Shown: in pieces, positions 33,183-43,400 of the stretch
Layout: each line of letters begins with the position of its first letter
How positions within the stretch are numbered: position 1 is the stretch's first letter
Assembly (NCBI GenBank): GCA_016184305.1
Contig: JACPCX010000179.1
Span: forward strand, 1-64,000
Source: Candidatus Rokuibacteriota bacterium
Lineage (GTDB): Bacteria > Methylomirabilota > Methylomirabilia > Rokubacteriales > CSP1-6
DNA length: 64,000 bases
Reading direction: 5' to 3'
The notes under the pieces: generated by a model
The model's database searches: none
What the model saw: the letters and a program-made list of their open reading frames with translations, nothing else
Told to the model about the DNA's origin: nothing
Translations under genes and position numbers: made by a program

Positions 33183-35801
33183 ATGACGGACATCTCGGAC
33201 CGCTACGATCCTCGCCACGTGGAGGCGCGCTGGTACCGCGAGTGGGAGGAGCGGGGGTACTTCCACGCGGACGCCGCGTCGCCCAAGAAGCCCTACTCGA
33301 TCGTGATCCCTCCCCCGAACGTGACAGGCTCACTGCACTGGGGGCATGCCCTCAACAACACGCTCCAGGACATCCTGATCCGGTACAAGCGGATGGACGG
33401 GTACAACGCGCTCTGGCTTCCCGGCACCGACCACGCGGGGATCGCCACCCAGTACGTCGTGGAGCGCCAGCTGGCCGCCGAGGGGAAGACCAAGGAGGAC
33501 CTGGGGCGCGAGGCCTTCCTCGCGCGGGTGTGGAAGTGGAAGGACGAGTCGGGCGGCATCATCATCAACCAGCTCAAGCGCCTGGGCGCCTCCTGCGACT
33601 GGCGGCGGGAGCGCTTCACCATGGACGCCGGGCTGTCGACGGCGGTGCGCGAGGTCTTCGTCCGCCTCTGGGAAGAGGGGCTCGTCTACCAGGGCGACTA
33701 CATCGTCAACTGGTGCCCGCGGTGCCAGACCGTCCTCTCCGATCTCGAGGTCGAGCGCGAGGAGCGGGACGCGGAGTTCGTCTATATCAGGTACGGTCCC
33801 CTCACGCTGGGGACGGTGCGCCCGGAGACGAAGCTCGGCGACACGGCGCTCGCCGTCCACCCGAAGGACAAGCGCTACGCCAAGTATGTGGGGAAGACCC
33901 TGGACGTCCCCTCGGTGGATGGCCTCATCCGGATGGTGGTGGTGGCCGACGCGGCCGTGGATCCCAGATTCGGCACCGGCGTCATCAAGGTGACGCCGGG
34001 ACACGATCCCGTGGACTTCGAGATCGGCCGGCGCCACAACCTGCCCACACGGACCGTCATCGGCTTCGACGCGAAGATGACGGCGCTGGCGGGCCGGTAC
34101 GCCGGGCTCGACCGCTTCGAATGCCGGAAGCGGATCGTGGAGGACATGCAGGCGCTGGGGCTGATCGAGCGGATCGAGCCGTACCGCCACGCCGTCGGTG
34201 TCTGCTACCGCTGCAAGACGGTCGTGGAGCCCCTGATCTCCACGCAGTGGTACGTGCGGACGAAGCCGCTGGCGGACGCCGCCATCAAGGCGGTGCGCAG
34301 CGGCCGCATCCGGATCGTGCCGCGCGCCTGGACGAAGACCTACTACCACTGGATGGAGAACATCCGTGACTGGGCGATCTCGCGCCAGCTCTGGTGGGGG
34401 CACCGGATCCCGGCCTGGTACTGCGACGCCGAGGGGACCGTCCACGTCTCGCGCACCGATCTGCCGGCGTGTCCCGGGTGCGGCGGCGCGCTGCGACAGG
34501 ACAGCGACGTGCTCGACACATGGTTCTCCTCCGGTCTCTGGCCCTTCTCGACGCTCGGCTGGCCCGAGCAGACGGAGGATCTGCGGACGTTCTACCCGAC
34601 CGCCTGTCTCGCCACCGGGTTCGACATCCTGTTCTTCTGGGTGGCCCGGATGGCCATGCTCGGGATCAAGTTCATGGGGGACGTGCCCTTCCGGGACGTC
34701 TACATCCATGCGCTGGTGCGGGACGCCGAGGGCGCCAAGATGTCGAAGTCGAAGGGCAACGTCGCGGACCCGCTCATGGTCATGGAGAAGTACGGGACCG
34801 ACGCCTTCCGGTTCACCCTGGCGGCGCTTGCCGCGCAGGGGCGCGACATCCGGATGTCCGAGGACCGGATCGAGGGCTACCGGAACTTCGCCAACAAGAT
34901 CTGGAACGCCGCGCGGCTGGTGCTCACCAACCTGGACGGCTACGACCCGAGGCTGGCGAAGAAGGGGACGCCGTCGGTGGCCGACCGGTGGATCACGAGC
35001 CGGCTCCAGGCGGCGACGAAGAGCGTGCGTCGGGCGCTGGACACCTACCGGTTCAACGACGCCGCCTCGGCCGTCTACCAGTTCCTGTGGCACGAATTCT
35101 GTGACTGGTACCTGGAGATCGCCAAGCAGCGGCTCTACCAGACGGTCGATCCCGCGGCCCGGGCGGTGACGCAGCGAACCCTCGTGGAGACCCTCGAGGC
35201 CACGCTCAGGCTCCTGCACCCGTTCATGCCGTTCATCTCCGAGGAGATCTGGCAGCGGCTGCCCCACGCGGGGCCGTCGGTGATGATCGCGCCGTTCCCG
35301 AGGGCCCGCGGCCGCGCCCACGACGCTGCGGCCGAGGCCCGCATGGCCGCGGTCATCGCCATCGTGAGCGGCGTCCGGAACGTCCGGAGCGAGAGCCGCA
35401 TCCCGCCCGGAACGGAGCTGCGCGCCACCGTGCGGCCCGGTGCCGGGAGCGACGTCGAGGCGCTCCGGGAGGCCGCGTCCTTGATGGGAACGCTGGCCCG
35501 CGCGGCGATCACGGTGGACCCTGCGGCCTCTCGGCCGGCCCACTCGGCGGTCGCCGTGGCCGATGGCTGCGAGGTGTATGTGGAGCTCGAGGGCGTGGTG
35601 GACCTGGGCGCGGAGCGCCAGCGCGTCCTCAAGGAGATCGACAGGGCGAGCCGCGAGATCACGTTCTTCGAAGGGAAACTGTCGCGACAGGACTTCGTCG
35701 AGCGCGCCCCGGCCGACGTGGTGGCGCGGGAGCGCGACCGCCTGGCCGCGACGCGCGCGGTGCTCGACAAGCTCACGGCGGGGCTCAAGGCGCTCGAGTG
35801 A
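33183..35801 (+). CDS. valS: Valine--tRNA ligase
   Basis: PPPNVTG.LHWGH, GTDHAGIATQ, SRQLWWGHRIP, KMSKS, C-terminal coiled coil; TGcTAGAAT just upstream. Confidence 0.97.
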   Translation: MTDISDRYDPRHVEARWYREWEERGYFHADAASPKKPYSIVIPPPNVTGSLHWGHALNNTLQDILIRYKRMDGYNALWLPGTDHAGIATQYVVERQLAAEGKTKEDLGREAFLARVWKWKDESGGIIINQLKRLGASCDWRRERFTMDAGLSTAVREVFVRLWEEGLVYQGDYIVNWCPRCQTVLSDLEVEREERDAEFVYIRYGPLTLGTVRPETKLGDTALAVHPKDKRYAKYVGKTLDVPSVDGLIRMVVVADAAVDPRFGTGVIKVTPGHDPVDFEIGRRHNLPTRTVIGFDAKMTALAGRYAGLDRFECRKRIVEDMQALGLIERIEPYRHAVGVCYRCKTVVEPLISTQWYVRTKPLADAAIKAVRSGRIRIVPRAWTKTYYHWMENIRDWAISRQLWWGHRIPAWYCDAEGTVHVSRTDLPACPGCGGALRQDSDVLDTWFSSGLWPFSTLGWPEQTEDLRTFYPTACLATGFDILFFWVARMAMLGIKFMGDVPFRDVYIHALVRDAEGAKMSKSKGNVADPLMVMEKYGTDAFRFTLAALAAQGRDIRMSEDRIEGYRNFANKIWNAARLVLTNLDGYDPRLAKKGTPSVADRWITSRLQAATKSVRRALDTYRFNDAASAVYQFLWHEFCDWYLEIAKQRLYQTVDPAARAVTQRTLVETLEATLRLLHPFMPFISEEIWQRLPHAGPSVMIAPFPRARGRAHDAAAEARMAAVIAIVSGVRNVRSESRIPPGTELRATVRPGAGSDVEALREAASLMGTLARAAITVDPAASRPAHSAVAVADGCEVYVELEGVVDLGAERQRVLKEIDRASREITFFEGKLSRQDFVERAPADVVARERDRLAATRAVLDKLTAGLKALE

Positions 35802-36568
35802 GAGCCCCCCCCGCGGTTTCGGGACCGCACCTGGTGCGCTGGGTGGTTCGGGAGCTCGACACGGTGGACTCGACCCAGGCCGAGCTCGGCCGGCTGGCTC
35901 GGGCGGGGGCCCCGGAGGGCATGGCCGTCACGGCGCTTCACCAGGTGGCCGGGCGGGGCCGGTGGAGTCGCTCCTGGTGGGACACTCCGGGTGAGAGCCT
36001 GCTGGCCTCGATTCTTCTCCGGCCACCCATCCCGCCGAGCCGGGCGCCCCAGCTCACGCTGGTGGCCGTGGTGGCCGTGGTGGAGGCGCTCCAGGCCGCC
36101 GCGGGCGTGGCGGCGAGGATTCGCTGGCCGAACGACGTGATGGCGGCTGGCCGGAAGCTCTGCGGGATCCTGGCGGAAGCCTCGTCGGGGGCCGACGGCG
36201 GGCTCCATCACGTGCTCCTGGGAATCGGGATCAACGTGAACCAGACGGCCTTTCCTCCCGAGCTCGCCGATCGCGCGACCTCACTCCGGCTCCTGGCGGC
36301 CGCCCCGCAAGAGCGCGCGGCAGTGCTCGCGAGCCTGCTCGATGCGCTCGGACGCTGGTACGGGGTGTATCTTCGCGCCGGCCTGGGGCCGGTGCGGGAG
36401 GCGTGGCGCGCCGCGAGCGCCACGCTCGGCGAGCGGCTCGCGATGCCCGACGGGCGCGCGGGCGTGGCCGTGGACCTGGACGAGGAGGGGTCGCTCGTGG
36501 TGCGGACGGACGACGGCGGGCTCGCGCGGGTGTCATCCGGGGAGATCGTCAGTGCTGCTGCTCCTTGA
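35798..36568 (+). CDS. birA: Biotin--protein ligase (no HTH)
   Basis: VDSTQ, Q..GRGR..R.W, WPND, KLCGIL.E, GIGINVN. Confidence 0.92.
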   Translation: MRAPPAVSGPHLVRWVVRELDTVDSTQAELGRLARAGAPEGMAVTALHQVAGRGRWSRSWWDTPGESLLASILLRPPIPPSRAPQLTLVAVVAVVEALQAAAGVAARIRWPNDVMAAGRKLCGILAEASSGADGGLHHVLLGIGINVNQTAFPPELADRATSLRLLAAAPQERAAVLASLLDALGRWYGVYLRAGLGPVREAWRAASATLGERLAMPDGRAGVAVDLDEEGSLVVRTDDGGLARVSSGEIVSAAAP

Positions 36569-37319
36569 GGTCGGCAACACCAACACGGGCGTCGGCGTGG
36601 TCGACGGGAGCCGCCTCGTGGCGTCCTGGCGGCTCACCAGCCGGCGCGAGCAGACATCCGATGAGTACGGCATCTTCATCCAGAGCCTCCTCGCCTCCCG
36701 CGCGATCGAGCCGCGGGAGGTCACCGCGGTGGCCATCTCGAACGTCGTCCCGCCGGTGCAGCAGACGCTGGAGTGGATGTGCGAGGGGTACTTCGGCGTC
36801 CGGCCGTTCACGGTGCAGCCGGGGGTCAACGTGCCGCTCGCGTTCAACGTCGACAACCCGGGGGAGGTGGGCGCCGACCGGGTCTGCAATGCGGTCGCGG
36901 CCGTGGCGCTGTACGGGGCTCCCGTCATCGTGGTCGACTTCGGCACGGCGACCAACTTCGACTGCGTGGACGAGCGCGGCGAGTTCGTCGGGGGCGCCAT
37001 CGCTCCCGGGCTCGTGACGGCGGCGGAGGCGCTGGTCTCCCGCGCCGCGCGACTGTCCCGGGTGGAGCTCGTGGCGCCGCCGACGGCCATCGGCCGCAAC
37101 ACGAGGACCAATATCCAGTCGGGCGTCGTGCTGGGCTACGCGGGGCTCGTGGACGGGCTCATCGAGCGGATGCGCCGCGAGCTGACGGGCGACGTGAAGG
37201 TGGTGGGCACGGGTGGGCTCGCCGCGCAGATGCGGGAAGTGGCCGCGAGTATCCAGACGGTGAACCCGACGCTGCGTCTGGAGGGGCTGCGCATGATCTG
37301 GGAGCGCGCGCAGGGTTGA
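36552..37319 (+). CDS. coaX: Type III pantothenate kinase
   Basis: EVGNTNT, EVGADR, VVDFGTAT, GGAIAPG, GTGG. Confidence 0.95.
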   Translation: MLLLLEVGNTNTGVGVVDGSRLVASWRLTSRREQTSDEYGIFIQSLLASRAIEPREVTAVAISNVVPPVQQTLEWMCEGYFGVRPFTVQPGVNVPLAFNVDNPGEVGADRVCNAVAAVALYGAPVIVVDFGTATNFDCVDERGEFVGGAIAPGLVTAAEALVSRAARLSRVELVAPPTAIGRNTRTNIQSGVVLGYAGLVDGLIERMRRELTGDVKVVGTGGLAAQMREVAASIQTVNPTLRLEGLRMIWERAQG

Positions 37320-37344
37320 CAGGCTCAGGGGGGGTCCGTATACT
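37316..37344 (+). promoter_or_regulatory. Near-consensus sigma70 promoter for guaB3-guaA
   Basis: TTGACA-17 bp-TATACT. Confidence 0.85.
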
Positions 37345-37346
37345 GA

Positions 37347-37393
37347 CCGCTAGATACAGTATGACTTGGCAGAACACTCTCTAAATATCGGGT
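37347..37393. promoter_or_regulatory. Tandem NrdR-box-like operators
   Basis: CTAGATACAG (37350) and CTAAATATCG (37381), 31 bp apart, resembling the CwAnATATwG core. Confidence 0.55.
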
Positions 37394-37450
37394 GTGGCGC
37401 CGCCGCCGGGGCGCTCGCCCGGCCCCGGCTACCCGAAGGGGGACCACGGC

Positions 37451-38611
37451 ATGGGGATGTGGGTCGGTCGCGGCCGGAAGGCTCGGGCGGCGTATGGCTT
37501 CGATGACATCGCCCTCGTTCCCGGGGCGGTGACGATCAATCCCAACGAGGTGGACATCTCGTGGGATCTCTGCGGTCGACGCTTCGAGATCCCCGTCATC
37601 GCCGCGGCCATGGACGGCGTCGTGAGCCCGGCACTGGCCATGGAAATGGGCCGGCTCGGGGGCTTGGCGGTGCTGAACCTCGAAGGCATCTTCTCCCGCT
37701 ACGAGAATCCCGAGGATGTCCTCGACCGCATCACCTCCGCCAGCCTGGAAGAGGCCACCAAGATCATCCAGGGAATCTACGGCGAGCCCATCAAGGAAGA
37801 TCTGATCCACAAACGCATCACGGAGATCAAGAAGGGGGGCGGGCCGGTCGTCGTCTCGTCCATCCCCCAGCGCGCCGAGCGCTTTGCGAAGATCGCCGAG
37901 GACGCGGGCGCGGACTTCTTCGTGGTCCAGTCCACGGTCACGACAGCGCGGCACATCGCCACCGAGTACCCCCCGGTGGACCTGCGGAAGCTCAAGAAGA
38001 ACCTCTCCATCCCTCTCATCGTCGGCAACACGGTGACCTACGAGGCCTGCCTCGAGCTCATGGACTGCGGCGTGGACGCGCTGCTGATCGGCGTGGGGCC
38101 TGGGGCGGCATGCACCAGCCGCGAGGTGCTGGGCCTCGGCGTGCCGCAGGTGACCGCGACCGCGGACTCGGCCGCGGCGCGCGATTTCTACTACAAACGG
38201 ACCGGGCGGTACGTGCCAATCATCACGGACGGCGGCATGACCACCGGCGGGGACATCTGCAAGGCGCTGGCCTCGGGCGCGGATGCGGTGATGATCGGCT
38301 CCGCCTTCGCCCGCGCCCATGAGGCGCCGGGCCGGGGCTACCACTGGGGGATGGCGACTCCCCACTCGAACCTGCCGCGCGGCACGCGCATCCGTGTCGG
38401 CGTCGCCGGCCCCCTGGAGCAGATCCTCTTCGGGCCCGCCTTCACCGAGGACGGCACGCTCAACCTCGTGGGAGCCATCCGGACATGCATGGGCTCCGTG
38501 GGTGCGGCCACGATCCGGGAGCTCCAGCAGACCGAGTTGATCATCGCACCCTCGATCAAGACCGAGGGCAAGGTGTTCCAGCGCGCCCAGAAGCTGGGCT
38601 CCCCTCGCTGA
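37451..38611 (+). CDS. guaB3: GuaB3-family IMP dehydrogenase-related protein
   Basis: AYGFDDIALVP, AAMDGVVSP, GVGPGAACTSR.VLG.GVPQ, WGMATP..NLPRGTR. Confidence 0.9.
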   Translation: MGMWVGRGRKARAAYGFDDIALVPGAVTINPNEVDISWDLCGRRFEIPVIAAAMDGVVSPALAMEMGRLGGLAVLNLEGIFSRYENPEDVLDRITSASLEEATKIIQGIYGEPIKEDLIHKRITEIKKGGGPVVVSSIPQRAERFAKIAEDAGADFFVVQSTVTTARHIATEYPPVDLRKLKKNLSIPLIVGNTVTYEACLELMDCGVDALLIGVGPGAACTSREVLGLGVPQVTATADSAAARDFYYKRTGRYVPIITDGGMTTGGDICKALASGADAVMIGSAFARAHEAPGRGYHWGMATPHSNLPRGTRIRVGVAGPLEQILFGPAFTEDGTLNLVGAIRTCMGSVGAATIRELQQTELIIAPSIKTEGKVFQRAQKLGSPR

Positions 38612-38671
38612 CGCGCAGGCGCGGCCTGCCGCCACGGGTCCCGCCCGCAGGGCTCCGCCTGCGTCGGCGCC

Positions 38672-38910
38672 CCGATGAGCGCTTGCGCGAAGAGGCCCAA
38701 CCGCAACCCGTGATCATCCACATTCAAGCGAGATGGTCAGACCCCCGCAGGGGCGAAGAGGCCGAACCGCAACCCGAAATGATCCACGTTCAACCGAGAT
38801 GGTCAGAGCGCCAACGGCCCGAAGAGGCCCCAAGGTTGACCCGACGCCCCGATGAGCGCTTGCGCGAAGAGGCCCAACCGCGAGGCGAAGTCATCCACGT
38901 TCAAGCGAGA
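38672..38910 (+). repeat. Repeat family A: three diverged units plus one partial
   Basis: cgaagaggcc four times; tccac(a/g)ttcaa(g/c)cgaga three times; ccgatgagcgcttgcgcgaag at 38672 and 38849. Confidence 0.92.
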
Positions 38911-38913
38911 TAA

Positions 38914-40455
38914 ATGGACAAGATCGCGATCCTCGACTTCGGCGCCCAGTACACCCAGCTGATTGCCCGCCGGATCCGTGAGATGAGTGTCTACTCGGAG
39001 ATCATCGCGTGCACCCATCCTGTCGAGGAGGTGCTGGCCGGCGGCTACAAGGGGATCGTGCTGTCTGGCGGCCCGTCCAGCGTGTACGAGGACGGGGCGC
39101 CCCTGCCCGACCGGAAGCTCTTCGAGGCGGGCATCCCGATCCTGGGTATCTGCTACGGCATGCAGGCCATGGCGTATCTCCTGGGCGGCCACGTGGTCCC
39201 GGCCGAGCGCCGCGAATACGGTGGCGCCGAGCTCACGCTGGAGGGCACGGGGGAGCTCCTGGACGGAATCGTCCCGGAACGCGGCAACCGGATCACGGTG
39301 TGGATGAGCCACGGGGACACGGTCATGCGGCCGCCCAGGGGGTTCACGCGGCTGGCATCCACGGCCAACTGCCCGGTGGCGGCCATGTCCGATCCGCGGC
39401 GCCGGCTCTTCGCGGTGCAATTTCACCCGGAGGTGGCCCACACTCCGCAGGGCAAGACGGTGCTGAGCAATTTCCTCCGCGCATGCGGCGTTGCTCGCGA
39501 CTGGTCCATGGCCTCCTTCGTGGACTCGGCCATCGAGACGGTCCGCCGGACGGTGGGGAGCGATCAGGTGCTGTGCGCCCTGTCGGGCGGGGTGGACTCC
39601 TCGGTGGTGGCGGTCCTGGTGCACAAGGCGGTCGGGGAGCAGCTGACGTGCCTGTTTGTCGACAATGGGCTGCTCCGGAAGGGAGAGGCCGAGGCCGTTG
39701 TCGAGACGTTCCGTGATGCCTTCAAGATCAAGCTCATCCATGTGAATGCAACCGGCCGGTTTCGCGAACGACTTCGTGGCGTCATCGACCCCGAAACCAA
39801 GCGAAAGCGGATCGGGGCCGAGTTCATTGCGGTGTTCGAGGAAGAGGCGCGGAGGCTCGGGCACATCCCGTGGCTGGCCCAGGGCACCCTCTATCCCGAC
39901 GTGATCGAATCGGTATCCTTCAAGGGGCCGTCGGCGACCATCAAGACCCACCACAACGTGGGCGGGCTGCCGACCCGGATGCAGTTCAGGCTCGTGGAGC
40001 CGCTCCGGGAGCTGTTCAAGGACGAGGTGCGGGGGGTGGGGGCGCTGCTTGGCCTGCCCCCCGAGATCATCTGGCGTCAGCCCTTCCCGGGGCCGGGGCT
40101 CGCGATCCGCGTGCTGGGCGAGGTCACCGAGGAGCGGCTCGTCCTCCTGCGGGAGGCGGATGCGGTAGTGCAGGAGGAGGTGCGTGCGGCAGGACTCGAG
40201 CGCGAGCTGTGGCAGGCCTTCGCCGTGCTGCTGCCGATCCGCACGGTGGGGGTCATGGGCGACTTCCGCACCTATGCCCAGGTCATCGCGCTACGGGCGG
40301 TGATGAGTCAGGACGCGATGACGGCGGACTGGGCGCACCTGCCCTACGATCTCCTCGGGAAGATCTCGAGCCGCATCATCAACGAGGTGAAGGGCGTCAA
40401 CCGGGTGGTGTTCGATATCTCGTCGAAGCCCCCCAGCACCATCGAGTGGGAATAA
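38914..40455 (+). CDS. guaA: GMP synthase
   Basis: [45 protein letters not shown]. Confidence 0.98.
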   Translation: MDKIAILDFGAQYTQLIARRIREMSVYSEIIACTHPVEEVLAGGYKGIVLSGGPSSVYEDGAPLPDRKLFEAGIPILGICYGMQAMAYLLGGHVVPAERREYGGAELTLEGTGELLDGIVPERGNRITVWMSHGDTVMRPPRGFTRLASTANCPVAAMSDPRRRLFAVQFHPEVAHTPQGKTVLSNFLRACGVARDWSMASFVDSAIETVRRTVGSDQVLCALSGGVDSSVVAVLVHKAVGEQLTCLFVDNGLLRKGEAEAVVETFRDAFKIKLIHVNATGRFRERLRGVIDPETKRKRIGAEFIAVFEEEARRLGHIPWLAQGTLYPDVIESVSFKGPSATIKTHHNVGGLPTRMQFRLVEPLRELFKDEVRGVGALLGLPPEIIWRQPFPGPGLAIRVLGEVTEERLVLLREADAVVQEEVRAAGLERELWQAFAVLLPIRTVGVMGDFRTYAQVIALRAVMSQDAMTADWAHLPYDLLGKISSRIINEVKGVNRVVFDISSKPPSTIEWE

Positions 40456-40489
40456 GCTCGATGAACGCCGCGCGGGGAGCCTGACCGAC

Positions 40490-43400
40490 ATGGGTGGCGC
40501 CGACTTCGTTCACCTCCACGTCCACTCCGAGTACAGCCTCCTGGACGGGGCCGCCCAGCTCGAGAAGCTCGTCGAGAAGGCCAAGGCGCTCGAGTTCCCG
40601 GCGATCGCGCTGACGGACCACGGCAACCTCTTCGGCGCCATCGACTTCTACGCCGCCTGCCGGAAGGCCGGGATCAAGCCCATCGTGGGCTCGGAGCTGT
40701 ACGTGGCGCCTGGCAGCCGGTTCGAGCGCTCGCCGCAGGATGGGGGCTACGAGGGCGCGAGTCACTGCACGGTCCTGGTGCGTAACGAGACGGGCTACCG
40801 CAACCTGATCAAGCTCGTGTCCAAGGCCTACCTCGAGGGTTTCTATTACAAGCCGCGCGTGGACCGGGAGCTCCTGGCCCAGCACGCGGATGGTCTGCTG
40901 GTGCTCTCGGGATGCCTGAACTCCGAGGTGAGCAAGCTCCTCTCGAGCGGCGAGGACGCCAAGGCGCGGCAGGTGGCCGGCTGGTACCAGGACGTCTTCG
41001 GACGGGACCACTACTTCATGGAGTTGCAGTCCCACGGGATCGAGGAGCAGCAGAGGGTGACCGAGGGCACGCTCCGCATCGCCCGGGCGCTCGGCGCCCC
41101 CGTGTGCGGGACCAACGACTCGCACTACCTCGAGGCCACGCACTCCCGCGCCCACGAGGCGCTCCTGTGCATCCAGACCGGCACCACCATGAGCGACCCG
41201 AACCGGTGGCGCTTCTCCACCGAGGAGTTCTACCTCAAGTCGGCCGAGGAGATGCGCCGGGTCTTCCGGGACCTGCCCGAGGCCTGCGCCAATACCCTGG
41301 CCGTGGCCGAGCGATGCAACCTGGAGCTCGCCTTCGGCACGTTCCACCTGCCGCAGTACCAGGTGCCCGGGGGGCACACGCTCGACTCGTACCTCGAGCA
41401 CCTGGCGATGGAGGGCATGACGCAGCGCTACGGCGCTTCGCCCCCCGACGCGGTGATGGAGCGGCTGCGCTACGAGCTCGGCGTGATCTCCCGCATGGGC
41501 TTCTCGGGCTACTTTCTCGTGGTGTGGGACTTCATCGCCTACGCCCGCCGCCAGGGAATCGCGGTGGGGCCGGGGCGCGGCTCGTCGGCCGGGTCCCTGG
41601 TGGCGTACTGCCTCGGGATCACGAGCGTGGACCCGATCCGCTACGGCCTCCTCTTCGAGCGCTTCCTGAACCCCGAGCGCATCTCCATGCCGGACATGGA
41701 CATCGACTTCGCCGACGACCGGCGTGACGAGGTCATCCGGTACGTGGTGGAGCGCTACGGGGCCGACCGCGTGGCGCACATCATCACCTTCGGCACCATG
41801 GGCGCCAAGGCCGTGATCCGCGACGTGGGGCGGGTGCTCGGCTTCTCCTACGGGGACGCGGACCGCCTCGCGAAGCTCGTGCCCGGCTTTCCGCTCAACA
41901 TCACGCTCGACGACTCGCTGGAAAAGTCGCCGGAGCTGGCGCAGATTGTGAAGCAGGACCCGCGGGTGGGGGAGCTGTGGGGGGTGGCCAAGGCGCTCGA
42001 GGGGTGCACGCGGCACGCCTCGGTGCACGCCTCGGCGGTGGTCATCTCGGATGAGCCCCTCATGGACAGGGTGCCGCTCTACAAGGACCCCAAGCGGCCC
42101 GAGCTGATCACCGGCTTCGCCATGGGCCCCATCGAGAAGCTCGGGCTGCTCAAGATGGACTTCCTCGGGCTCAAGACGCTTACCGTGATCACCGGCGCCG
42201 TCCAGCTCGTGAAGGAATCGCGCGGCGTCCTCCTCGATCCCGACGCCTTTCCCATCGACGACGCCCGGACGTACCAGCTCCTGAGCGAGGCGCGGACGCT
42301 CGGAGTGTTCCAGCTGGAATCGCCGGGGATGCGGGACGCGCTACAGAAGCTCCGCCCCGAGCACATCGAGGACCTGATCGCCATGGTGGCGCTCTACCGC
42401 CCGGGCCCCATGGACCTGATCCCGGACTTCGTCAACCGGAAGCACGGGCGTGCGCCCATCACCTACGAGCACCCGGCGATGGAGGAGCACCTCAAGGCCA
42501 CCTACGGGATCATGGTCTACCAGGAGCAGGTGATGCGCCTCGCCGCCGAGCTGGCCGGCTTTTCCCTGGGCCAGGCCGACACGCTCCGCAAGGCCATGGG
42601 GAAGAAGGATCGCGAGCTGATGGCGCAGCAGCGCGAGCAGTTCATCGCCGGGTGTCGCGCCAAGAAGATGGACGCGCGAAAGGCGGAGCGCATCTGGGAG
42701 CTGATCGAGAAGTTCGCGGGGTACGGCTTCAACCGGTGCTTGACCGCGGATACCCAGATCGAGATGAGCAATGGGATCCGAAAGCCCATCACGCAGGTGC
42801 GGTCCGGAGACATGGTGCTGACGAAGGACGGGCCGTTCAGGGCGCTGGGGGTCCGCCCGAGCGGGGTCCGCGCCGTCGGACGGCTGCGCCTCGCCAACGG
42901 CATGGCCATCCGGTGCACACCGGATCACCCGATCTTCACCCAGCGTGGCTGGGTGAACGCCGAGGACGTGACGCCGGAGGATTTCATCGCGGTGGCGCGC
43001 AAGCTGCCGTCGGGACGTGAAAGCGTTTCGCCCGAGCGCCCCGCGCTGCTGGGTTATGCCCTGTCGGAAGGGTGCATGGGGTACGCCGGCCACTTCTACC
43101 TGTACTCGACCGTCGCCGACGAGATCGAGGACATGCGTCGCACTCTCGCGGTATTCGCGAACACGCTTCCACGCGTCGAGTACCGCTCCCACGACAAGGC
43201 GTCCTCGGTGCGTCCCGTGCGTATCGATCGGAAGGTGCCCTCGGCGGCGGTTCGGTTCCTGTTCGAGGAATGCGGCCTCCAGTGGAAGGGGGCTCTCGAC
43301 AAGCGCGTGCCGGCGCTGGTGGATCGCTGGGACCGAGACGCAGTGGCGGTCCTGGTCGGGAAGCTGTTCCAGGGGGACGGATGCGTCCATCGAAAGACGC

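Noticed and set aside
37345..37450. Purine riboswitch before guaB3
   Set aside because: Lacks the purine aptamer core; a tandem operator explains the AT-rich patch better
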